From contig JACOYE010000007.1 in NCBI GenBank assembly GCA_016182045.1, positions 98,121-162,120 of the forward strand: a DNA stretch of 64,000 nucleotides. Direction: 5' to 3'. This DNA is from Candidatus Microgenomates bacterium. GTDB lineage: Bacteria > Patescibacteriota > Microgenomatia > Daviesbacterales > UBA10151. The position numbers and the translations under genes were made by a program. The notes beneath the pieces are model-generated. The model saw nothing but the letters and a program-made list of their open reading frames with translations. It made no database searches and was not told the DNA's origin. Positions 56,015 through 64,000 of this stretch are shown piece by piece. The first letter of the stretch is position 1, and each line of letters starts with the position of its first letter.

Positions 56015-56108
56015 TTAAAGCTAATTAAGGAACTGTTAAAAACTAGATCAAGTTTTTTTGTCATTGCGAGGTATTGTATCGATGAGTTAAATTTAGTAAA
56101 CTACCCTC

Positions 56109-56246
56109 ATGCCAAAGAGAACTTATCAGCCCAAGAAATTAAAAAGAGTCAGAAAGCATGGTTTTAGAAAAAGGATGGCTACTCATGATGGAGCTAAGGT
56201 ATTAAAAAGAAGAAGGATCAGGGGTAGAAAAAGGTTGACGGTATAA
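56109..56246 (+). CDS. rpmH: 50S ribosomal protein L34
   Basis: Manual translation: [45 protein letters not shown]. Confidence 0.97.
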   Translation: MPKRTYQPKKLKRVRKHGFRKRMATHDGAKVLKRRRIRGRKRLTV

Positions 56247-56584
56247 TGCTATCCAAAGAAAAACGACTTAATCTTAAAATAGACTTTAAATGGGTGGCTT
56301 CTGGTAGAAAACTGGAAACTAAATACTTAAAACTTTTTGTAAAGTCTGGGGATAATAGAACACCTCGGGTTGGTATAGCTTTGGGGAGTAAATCATTTAA
56401 AAAGGCCACCCAAAGAAATAGGGCCAAAAGAGTAGCTTCAGCTGCTTTCGGGATGCTCTATAAAAAGCTCCCGCCTAATGCTAATATAATAGCTCTTCCC
56501 AAAACTGGTGTACTTGAGGTAAAATCATCTGATGTGCTATTGGATTTGGAGAAGACATTAAAGCATGAAAAATTTATTGATTAA
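56246..56584 (+). CDS. rnpA: RNase P protein
   Basis: KKATQRNRAKR motif and synteny. Confidence 0.93.
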   Translation: MLSKEKRLNLKIDFKWVASGRKLETKYLKLFVKSGDNRTPRVGIALGSKSFKKATQRNRAKRVASAAFGMLYKKLPPNANIIALPKTGVLEVKSSDVLLDLEKTLKHEKFID

Positions 56585-56765
56585 TTTAATTAATTTTTAC
56601 CAGACATATTTATCCTTTGACCGAGGCGTGTTATCCATTTTTGCCCCAGGCGGAGCATGTAAATATCCCATGTCTTGTTCTGAATATAGTAAACAAGCAA
56701 TCATCAAATATGGCCTCATCCGTGGCGGATGGATGGGCTTAACAAGAATCTGGAGCTGCAGATGA
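56565..56765 (+). CDS. yidD: Membrane protein insertion efficiency factor
   Basis: CKYPMSCSEY...KYG...RIWSC. Confidence 0.9.
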   Translation: MKNLLINLINFYQTYLSFDRGVLSIFAPGGACKYPMSCSEYSKQAIIKYGLIRGGWMGLTRIWSCR

Positions 56766-57607
56766 GCGGAATAGGTGACATTTTTAATTTAGTTTTCTTT
56801 GGTCCGGTAATTAATCTGTTAGTTTTAATATTCCAAGGATTACAAGCAATTCACATTCCAGGGGCTTTAGGTTTTTCCATAATAATCTTGACTGTTTTAA
56901 TCAGGCTTTTGGTTTGGCCATTTATGGCTAGTCAGATTAAAGCTACCAAAAAAATGGCTGATTTAAAACCACATTTAGATGTCCTTAAACAAAAGCATAA
57001 GGATGACAAGCAGGCATTTGCTCAGGCCCAGATGGCACTTTATAAAGAACATGGAGTAAATCCTGCCGGAGGCTGTTTACCGGCCTTAATTCAGATCCCA
57101 GTTTTTATCGCACTTTATCAATCGATCATTAATATTTTACCTGGAGCTGGAGGGCATATAGACAAGATAAACTCTCTTTTGTACTTTCCGCAGCTTAAGT
57201 TACCTTCTACCTTGGACCCAAGTTTCTTAGGTCTTAATTTAGGCATTAAACCTGCTGAGTTTACATCTCACGGGGTGTTTCTTCTGTTAATACCAACTAT
57301 CACAGCAGGATTAACTTTTGTTCAATCTAAAATGACTTTGCCAAAACCGATTAAGCATCACCTGGGTGAACCTCCTAAGGAGACAAAAGAAAAAGAAGGC
57401 ATGGAAGAAAGTATGGGCCAAGTCCAATCTCAAATGGTTTATCTTATGCCAATAATGATTGGCTATTTTGCTTTTACCTTCCCAATTGGACTTGCAATTT
57501 ATTGGAATGTCTATACAATACTGGGGATAGTTCAGCAATATAGGGTTGCAGGCTGGGGAGGGATGGCTGGTATGGCGGGAAAGTTCGGAATAAAGACTGT
57601 AAAATAG
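56762..57607 (+). CDS. yidC: Membrane protein insertase
   Basis: GVNPAGGCLPALIQIPV and GLAIYW motifs. Confidence 0.95.
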   Translation: MSGIGDIFNLVFFGPVINLLVLIFQGLQAIHIPGALGFSIIILTVLIRLLVWPFMASQIKATKKMADLKPHLDVLKQKHKDDKQAFAQAQMALYKEHGVNPAGGCLPALIQIPVFIALYQSIINILPGAGGHIDKINSLLYFPQLKLPSTLDPSFLGLNLGIKPAEFTSHGVFLLLIPTITAGLTFVQSKMTLPKPIKHHLGEPPKETKEKEGMEESMGQVQSQMVYLMPIMIGYFAFTFPIGLAIYWNVYTILGIVQQYRVAGWGGMAGMAGKFGIKTVK

Positions 57608-57616
57608 GTAATGAAT

Positions 57617-57661
57617 ATTCCGACCGAGATCCCTCGACTCGCTTCGCTCGCTCGGGATGAC
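57617..57661. repeat. REP-like element
   Basis: TTCCGACCGAGATCCCTCGACTCGCTTCGCTCGCTCGGGATGAC. Confidence 0.7.
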
Positions 57662-57695
57662 AAAATGCGTTGGGAGATTATACGCATTTTGTCAA

Positions 57696-58193
57696 ATGGA
57701 GACACAAACTATGGAAAATCAGCTAAGTGAAGTACTAGACAATCTATTGGGACTGCTTCTTTTGGAAGGAAGCTATGAGATTGAGGAAAAAGATGAAGCC
57801 TTTTTAGTCTCTGTGGAAACCAAAGATGCAGGAAGATTGATTGGTTTTAGGGGGGAATCATTAGAGGCTCTACAATTAATTGTCAATCAAATCATATCTC
57901 AAAAGATGAGAAAGGAAGAAGAGTTTAAAAGAGTAATTTTGGATGTTGAGGGATGGAGGAAAAAGAAAGAGGAGGAGCTTTCTCAAAGAGCTGAGAGTTG
58001 GGGTAAACAGGTTTTGGAAACAGGCCAGGCTTTGGAGCTTGAACCAATGTCTTCCTGGCAAAGAAGGATTGTACATACAACTATTGGCGAAATGGAAGGT
58101 GTGGAGAGTGAGAGCATTGGTGAAAGTAGGGATAGGCATGTAGTAATAAAACTCAAAACTCAAATGTCAAATGTCAAAACTAAAGAGGATTGA
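57696..58193 (+). CDS. jag: Jag/KhpB RNA-binding protein (KH + R3H)
   Basis: LIGFRGESLEALQ and PMSSWQRRIVH motifs. Confidence 0.9.
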   Translation: METQTMENQLSEVLDNLLGLLLLEGSYEIEEKDEAFLVSVETKDAGRLIGFRGESLEALQLIVNQIISQKMRKEEEFKRVILDVEGWRKKKEEELSQRAESWGKQVLETGQALELEPMSSWQRRIVHTTIGEMEGVESESIGESRDRHVVIKLKTQMSNVKTKED

Positions 58194-59364
58194 GAATGTT
58201 CTTCTGTTTTTGACCCTGCTCTTTTTACCTACTCAACTTGGTAAACATTTTTGGCCTGAGTTTAGTTTTATCTATTCCCTGCCGGTGGATTATCTTGCTC
58301 CCACCATTTATTTCTGGGATTTGTTGGTAGTCAGTCTAGTAACAGTTTGGATATTAAGAAGGCCTAAGATAAATTGGTTGGCGTTCAACTTACTAATGAT
58401 ATTTTTGCTAATACAGGCTGTGTCCTTAGTGGGGACAGTCAATATTGGCGCAGGTTTGGTGCGGCTGGAACAGTATACGCTAGCAGGACTTTTTGGAATA
58501 TATTTAGCTAGCTCAAAACTCAAAACAAATAATCTGCCCTATTTTCCTCTGATGCTGGCTGTTTTATTTGAGTCTGTTTTGGCAATTGCCCAATTCTTAA
58601 AAGGAGGAACTTTGGGGCTTTGGATTTTGGGGGAAAGAACTTTTTCCATCTCTACCCCTGCTATTGCCAAATTTGATTTTCAAGGCATTCAATTTTTAAG
58701 GCCTTATGCAACCTTCCCCCACCCAAATGTCTTGGCAGCTTTTATGTTAGTAGTAAGTCTTTTAATAGGCAAGAGAATGGTTGGATTCTTAGCAGGATTG
58801 ACTACTTTGCTTACTTTTTCCAGGGCTGCTATTTTGGCAGGAGCAGTAGCTGCTTTTGTGCTACTTAATAGAAAGGGAAGAGTAGTTCTGATGGTTGTAA
58901 TTATCATTTTATCACCCATTTTATATACCAGATTTTCCTCTGTCTTTAATTTTGATAATTTGGCTATTTTACGAAGAGAAGAACTGACCCAGACAGCTTT
59001 TAAAATGTTTTTGTCTTCCCCAATTTTTGGAGTGGGTTTAAATAACTTTATTCCCAAGGCCTCTGATCAGTTACTTGTGGGACCAAGCAGGTTTTTACAA
59101 CCAGTCCACAACATCATTCTTTTAAGCTTGTCTGAAACTGGAATTGTGGGTTTGGCAGCTTTTTTAAGTCTTATTGGATACCCTATTTATAGACTCTTAA
59201 AACTAAACCTTAAACCCTATCCCCTAAGCCCTCTCTTACTAGCTTGGGGAATAATAATTTTCCTGGGAATGTTTGACCATTACTTTTTAACCTTACCCCA
59301 AGGTTATAGACTGCTTTTTCTAGTATGGGGGTTGTCTCTATCCATGCTAGAATGGAAGAAATGA
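58171..59364 (+). CDS. O-antigen ligase/Wzy_C family membrane protein
   Basis: RPYATFPHPN, TFSR, GVGLNNF, PVHN and ETG motifs. Confidence 0.87.
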   Translation: MSKLKRIENVLLFLTLLFLPTQLGKHFWPEFSFIYSLPVDYLAPTIYFWDLLVVSLVTVWILRRPKINWLAFNLLMIFLLIQAVSLVGTVNIGAGLVRLEQYTLAGLFGIYLASSKLKTNNLPYFPLMLAVLFESVLAIAQFLKGGTLGLWILGERTFSISTPAIAKFDFQGIQFLRPYATFPHPNVLAAFMLVVSLLIGKRMVGFLAGLTTLLTFSRAAILAGAVAAFVLLNRKGRVVLMVVIIILSPILYTRFSSVFNFDNLAILRREELTQTAFKMFLSSPIFGVGLNNFIPKASDQLLVGPSRFLQPVHNIILLSLSETGIVGLAAFLSLIGYPIYRLLKLNLKPYPLSPLLLAWGIIIFLGMFDHYFLTLPQGYRLLFLVWGLSLSMLEWKK

Positions 59365-60569
59365 GACAGCTTCTAAAAATTTCCCAGCAGACTGGCTGGC
59401 AAGTACTTGGTAAAATTATCACCTCTGTTTCTACATTTATCATCTTAGGAGTGGTAACCAGAAACTATGGAGAGGAAGGAACTGGGGTTTTTACACTAGC
59501 TCTCACCTATTTGGCCATTCTTTATTTACTGTCTGATTTTGGATTTAATGCACATGTGCTTCGCAAATTTTCAATTTTCAATTTTCAATTTTCAATTGAA
59601 TGGAGGAAATTATTGGGGACGCGAATCATATGGTCAGTAATACTGGTAGTTCTAGCTGTGGGACTGCTTCCCTTTTGGCCATTTGCCACTAAAGAGTTTT
59701 CTCAGGCAATCATGATTGGCAGTCTGGCCATTGTTGGATCCGGAGTATTTGTAACCTGTAATTTAATTTTTCAATCCAAATTAAGATATGATCTGTCGGT
59801 TTTGGCATCAAGTACGGGAACAATCATCAGCTTGGTAGTATTTGTTTACCTGATCTGGCTTAAATACCCCATCCCCTTTTTGATGCTGGCTCACCTTTTG
59901 GGCTGGACGATAATTGCCATGGTGGCGTTTGTTCTGATCAGAAAGATTGGGCAAGTTGTCTTCCCGATTTACGATAAACAATATACCATTAACTTATTCA
60001 AAACCTCATGGCCGATTGCTGCAACCTTGGCTTTAAATGTGGTTTATTTTAGGGCAGATTCTTTTATGATTTCCTATTTTAGATCAAATGCTGAAGTTGG
60101 CATCTATAATGTGGCCTACTCTGTTTTTCAGACAGCTTTAGTTTTACCTACATTTATAATGAATGCTTACTATCCTATGATGTTAAAATCTTTTAAAGGC
60201 ATCAAGATAGTGGCACTGGGACTTTTGGTGATAGCCTCTGGGAGCACTTTACTCGTCCTCATTTTAGCCCCATTTATCAGCAAGCTTTTAACAGGAGGCG
60301 GATTTTTAGGAACAAGTCTTAGCCTGCAAATTTTGTCTTTAGGCTTTCCTGCCTATTTTTTATCTGCTCTTTTGATGTGGATAATGGTCACTCAAGGTAG
60401 ATATAAAATAATGCTGATAATTTATGCTGTAGGGCTGGTTGTCAATTTGGTGTTGAACTTGATCTATATACCACAGTACTCTTTTGTGGCTGCTTCTTGG
60501 ATTACGGTAATTTCCGAATACGTCATATTGATGTTGCAGGGTGTGGTATTATGGTTCGAACGCAGATGA
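59361..60569 (+). CDS. Wzx-like polysaccharide flippase
   Basis: SDFG, YFRAD and VGIYNVAY motifs, about 12 TM. Confidence 0.87.
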   Translation: MRQLLKISQQTGWQVLGKIITSVSTFIILGVVTRNYGEEGTGVFTLALTYLAILYLLSDFGFNAHVLRKFSIFNFQFSIEWRKLLGTRIIWSVILVVLAVGLLPFWPFATKEFSQAIMIGSLAIVGSGVFVTCNLIFQSKLRYDLSVLASSTGTIISLVVFVYLIWLKYPIPFLMLAHLLGWTIIAMVAFVLIRKIGQVVFPIYDKQYTINLFKTSWPIAATLALNVVYFRADSFMISYFRSNAEVGIYNVAYSVFQTALVLPTFIMNAYYPMMLKSFKGIKIVALGLLVIASGSTLLVLILAPFISKLLTGGGFLGTSLSLQILSLGFPAYFLSALLMWIMVTQGRYKIMLIIYAVGLVVNLVLNLIYIPQYSFVAASWITVISEYVILMLQGVVLWFERR

Positions 60570-60991
60570 AGCTGATTATTTATACAGATGGAGCCTCCCG
60601 CGGTAATCCAGGTCCTGCCGCTTATGGGTTTACTATTCAAGACGAAAATGGAAAGCTTTTGTATGAGGAGGGTAAATATATTGGTGTAACCACCAATAAT
60701 GTGGCGGAATATACTGCGGTTTTGGAAGTTCTAAAGCATGTCACCAAGCATGCCAGGGAGAAGTTTGCTCAGGAAAAACTACAAGTAGAACTTTATGCTG
60801 ACTCCAAGCTGGTGGCTGAGCAATTATCCGGCAGGTATAAGATTAAAGCCAAGCATTTAAAGCCAATTATCGAACAGATTCAGAAATTGGCAATTGAGGT
60901 GGGTGGAATCATCTTTAGCCATGTTCCACGCTCCCAAAATACTCAAGCTGATAGACTTGCCAATCAAGCCCTGGATAATAAATTACGTTAA
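60566..60991 (+). CDS. rnhA: Ribonuclease HI
   Basis: YTDGASRGNPG, TNNVAEY, DSKL and ADRLAN motifs. Confidence 0.93.
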   Translation: MKLIIYTDGASRGNPGPAAYGFTIQDENGKLLYEEGKYIGVTTNNVAEYTAVLEVLKHVTKHAREKFAQEKLQVELYADSKLVAEQLSGRYKIKAKHLKPIIEQIQKLAIEVGGIIFSHVPRSQNTQADRLANQALDNKLR

Positions 60992-61000
60992 ATTCCTACC

Positions 61001-61073
61001 GAGATACTTCGACTCTGGTTCGACTACTTCGATTACACTCAGTACAGGTTCGCTCACCATCGCTCAGGATGAC
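61001..61073. repeat. Triple-nested REP-like element
   Basis: GAGATACTTCGACTC[TGGTTCGACT[ACTTCGATTACACTCAGTACAGGTT]CGCTCACCA]TCGCTCAGGATGAC. Confidence 0.7.
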
Positions 61074-61153
61074 AAAATAATTTGACAATTTTAATATACT
61101 TTGTCACCTTTCCTCTCTCTTGCAATTGCTAATGCAGATGTTAGGATTTACCC

Positions 61154-64000
61154 GTGGCTGAAACTGACGAAGATATCATTAAAAAAAATATTATTCAGCT
61201 TTCGCGAAACACTCCTGTAGCTTTAGTCGTGGGAGCTTCGGGCTTTTTAGGTTCTCATCTGGTTGATAAGCTACTGGAAACAGGTATTCATGTTGTGGGT
61301 GTTGATAACTTTAAAAATGGATTAAAGCAGAACCTGGAAGTAGCGGTAAAAAATAAACATTTTCACCTTGTAAATTTATCTGCTGAGGATTTGGACTTAA
61401 ATCTGGAAAGATTGGATTATTTATTTATAGTAGCTTCAGGCGGTTGGGACATTGACAAGATACTTAAGCTTTTTAATTCCACCAGATGCCGGACTCTTTT
61501 AGTTTCATCGGTGGATTTATACTCAGATGAAGTGAACGAAAACATCAAGTGGTTTAGGCAAACCGAGGCAAAATTGGCCCGAGTTGCTCATGAGAATAAA
61601 TTAAATGCCAGGATATTAAGATTAGGTCCGGTTTTTGGTCCCAGGATGATCTTTAAAACAAAAGATCCCATCGTCAGATTAATTCAGATAGCCTTAACTG
61701 GTGATTTACAGAAAGAATTTGCCTTAGATTTTTCATCAAGAGCTCTATATGTTGATGACGCTATTGCCCTGATTGTCAAGTGCATGATGGCCGGAGCAAC
61801 AGCCATGAAGATCTTTGACGGGGTTTCACCTACTCCTGTAAAGGTTTCGGAAGTAAAGCAGATCCTTTTGGACCCTCTTTGGTACGAACAACGCCAATTT
61901 AAGCCTTCTGAGTTGCCCCCTTGGCCTACTCCCAATTTGGAAAAAACGCAAAAGTTTTTAAACTGGCACCCCCGTACCGACTTGATAGAGGCTTTAAAAA
62001 ATACCCTGGTCTATTTTAGGGATAAGGAAATCCCTTTGGCCAAGTTTGAGGATGAGGTGCAGGAGAAGAAGCAAGCAGAGGAGAAGCAGTGGCAGCAAAA
62101 GCAGCAAGAGCACCTCAGGGTTATTAAGCAAGAGCCTCCCCAAAAGAGGAGGTTTAGCTGGCCCAAGTTGCCGATGAATTTATCAAAAATCTATTTTTTG
62201 GCGATTTTAATGCTGATATTTTATGCCATGATTTGGCCGGCAATGGTCTTGGGTTGGGGGGTGACAACCTTTAGGTATCAGCTGGCTCAGGCAGCGGCCA
62301 ATTTACAAAAAGGGGAGTTTGAGACCAGTTTAAATAATATCAGTCAGGCGGAGGCTGGTGTTGCTCAGGCACAATCAGTGGTTGATTCAGTGGCTCCTTT
62401 AAGAAAAGTTGATTTTTTAAAAGATCAATTTGAGGCGGTAGACTCTCTTTTAGAACTGGCCGCACTCTCTGCCAAAGCCTCCAGAGGTACCACAGTTGGC
62501 ACTAGCGCGCTTTTTGAAGGCTTAAAGGCTGTGACAGGGGAGGTGGACATGAGCGCAGCTGATTTATTCAGCCAGGCTCAGGTGGAGCTGGCCGGGGCAG
62601 ATCAGAATTTGGCATTAGCTCAGCTCTTTTTGGAGGATGATAATTTTTATCAAAATATCCCCTCTTTTTTTAAGGAGAGGAGCTTAGCTTTAAAGGATAG
62701 GTTGGAGATCTATTCAGATTTGATATCAAAGGCAAGAGCATCAAGCATGATCCTGCCGGAAATTGTGGCGCTTGGGGGCAAAAAAGATTATCTGGTGCTT
62801 TTACAAAACAATAACGAGCTTCGACCCACAGGTGGTTTTATCGGCTCTTTTGCTAAAATTTCCTTTGAAGGAGGGAAGCTGAAGAAACTAGAGGTGAATG
62901 ATATTTATGCCATTGATGGGCAGCTTAAGGTACACATTGAACCGCCAAAAGAAATTAAGGAGGATTTAGGGCAAATAGATTGGTTTTTGCGGGATTCAAA
63001 CTGGGAAAGCGATTTTCCCACCTCGGCCAGGCAGGCTGAATGGTTTTATAACAAAGAGACAGGGGAGACAGTCCAAGGGGTAGTGGCTTTGGATGTATCG
63101 GCCATGGAAAAGCTTTTGGGGGTGGTGGGACCTTTGGATTTGGCTGATTATAATGAAACTATCACAGCGGAAAATTTGTTTGAAAGAACCATCACTCATG
63201 CCGAGCAGGGTTTTTTCCCCGGTTCTCAATCTAAAAAAAGCTTTATCACAGCTTTGACCACCCAACTTTTTAACAAAGTTTTTTTCCTGCCTAAACTAAA
63301 CTGGTCGGGTATTGTCCAAGCTTTGGGCGAGGTTTTGGAAGAAAAGCACATGAGTATTTACCTAAATGATCCGAAGCTGTTTTCTTATCTTCTCTCCCAA
63401 AATTGGGCAGGCGCCTTGCCCAGGACTGCTGAGGAGGCAGAAGGTTTGGTGACAGACCTGCTCGCCCCGGTGGAGGCTAATTTGGGAGCTAACAAAGTTA
63501 ATTACTATCTTGACAGATCTTACAATTTGGAAACTACCATCGGTAAAGACGGTGAAATCAAACACAAGCTTAAGATCACCTATTTAAACAGGAGTCCTTC
63601 CGATGCCTGGCCGGGAGGAGTGTACAAAAATAGAATGAGGATCTATCTGCCTTTTGGCTCCAAAATGACCAGGATGCTGTGGGGGGAGGTGGATATCACC
63701 CGCAGTGTCACAAGCTTTGTGGATTTTGGCAGGTCAGGCTATTCCATGCTTTTGGAGCTTCAACCAAAAGAGCAAAAAAGTTTGATTTTGGATTATGAGC
63801 CGCCTCTTCCTTTGCAGTTTAAAGACGGTCAGGCTATTTACAGACTGGATGTAATTAAGCAGGCAGGAACTCTGACAGATCCTTTTGAATGGAGGGTGAC
63901 TTTTCCCCTCAATTACAGATTGGTTTCCCAGGATAGTCAGAGATTGGCTCCGCAAGAGAGGGTAATCTCCACAGATTTATCCAAGGACAGAAGTTTTGAG
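61154..64000 (+). CDS. SDR/epimerase-like domain fused to a TM and DUF4012 (3' end beyond window)
   Basis: GTG at 61154, then VVGASGFLGSHL. LLQNNNELRPTGGF at about 62800 is in the same frame. Absence from the ORF track is consistent with a frame running off the window; not every codon was checked. Confidence 0.8.
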   Translation, partial: MAETDEDIIKKNIIQLSRNTPVALVVGASGFLGSHLVDKLLETGIHVVGVDNFKNGLKQNLEVAVKNKHFHLVNLSAEDLDLNLERLDYLFIVASGGWDIDKILKLFNSTRCRTLLVSSVDLYSDEVNENIKWFRQTEAKLARVAHENKLNARILRLGPVFGPRMIFKTKDPIVRLIQIALTGDLQKEFALDFSSRALYVDDAIALIVKCMMAGATAMKIFDGVSPTPVKVSEVKQILLDPLWYEQRQFKPSELPPWPTPNLEKTQKFLNWHPRTDLIEALKNTLVYFRDKEIPLAKFEDEVQEKKQAEEKQWQQKQQEHLRVIKQEPPQKRRFSWPKLPMNLSKIYFLAILMLIFYAMIWPAMVLGWGVTTFRYQLAQAAANLQKGEFETSLNNISQAEAGVAQAQSVVDSVAPLRKVDFLKDQFEAVDSLLELAALSAKASRGTTVGTSALFEGLKAVTGEVDMSAADLFSQAQVELAGADQNLALAQLFLEDDNFYQNIPSFFKERSLALKDRLEIYSDLISKARASSMILPEIVALGGKKDYLVLLQNNNELRPTGGFIGSFAKISFEGGKLKKLEVNDIYAIDGQLKVHIEPPKEIKEDLGQIDWFLRDSNWESDFPTSARQAEWFYNKETGETVQGVVALDVSAMEKLLGVVGPLDLADYNETITAENLFERTITHAEQGFFPGSQSKKSFITALTTQLFNKVFFLPKLNWSGIVQALGEVLEEKHMSIYLNDPKLFSYLLSQNWAGALPRTAEEAEGLVTDLLAPVEANLGANKVNYYLDRSYNLETTIGKDGEIKHKLKITYLNRSPSDAWPGGVYKNRMRIYLPFGSKMTRMLWGEVDITRSVTSFVDFGRSGYSMLLELQPKEQKSLILDYEPPLPLQFKDGQAIYRLDVIKQAGTLTDPFEWRVTFPLNYRLVSQDSQRLAPQERVISTDLSKDRSFE

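Noticed and set aside
61684-63955. Four short minus-strand ORFs
   Set aside because: Shadows of the long + strand SDR-DUF4012 frame.

Overview
Origin-of-replication region of a Patescibacteria (CPR) chromosome. The lineage is inferred as Microgenomates-like from gene content: T4SS-pilin cluster, DUF4012, AAA_14/DUF4143 ATPases and tRNA-Arg(GCG). The core backbone comprises rpoD-dnaG, six tRNAs, comF, tmRNA/smpB, the CPR monoderm-type T4SS-like locus (split in two), dnaN-dnaA-oriC and rpmH-rnpA-yidD-yidC-jag. Accessory content includes 7 type II TA pairs, 2 Fic genes, HNH and GIY-YIG nucleases and 3 AAA_14 ATPases. Top finding: an unannotated 37-aa ORF (12788-12901, ending ...MMAWGGV) with a perfect Shine-Dalgarno, lying between an OmpR-family regulator, a multi-TM histidine kinase and a class II terpene cyclase/class I prenyltransferase fusion. 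This looks like a ComQXPA-like quorum-sensing/RiPP system that could make a (cyclised) isoprenyl-Trp peptide signal. Also notable are two repeat-delimited cassette arrays with no recombinase in the window, a GIY-YIG gene inserted at the 5' end of tRNA-Asn, a cobalamin-type riboswitch over an unknown gene, and REP-like and heptamer repeats inserted in frame in core genes. All product calls come from motif recognition by eye; no searches were run.
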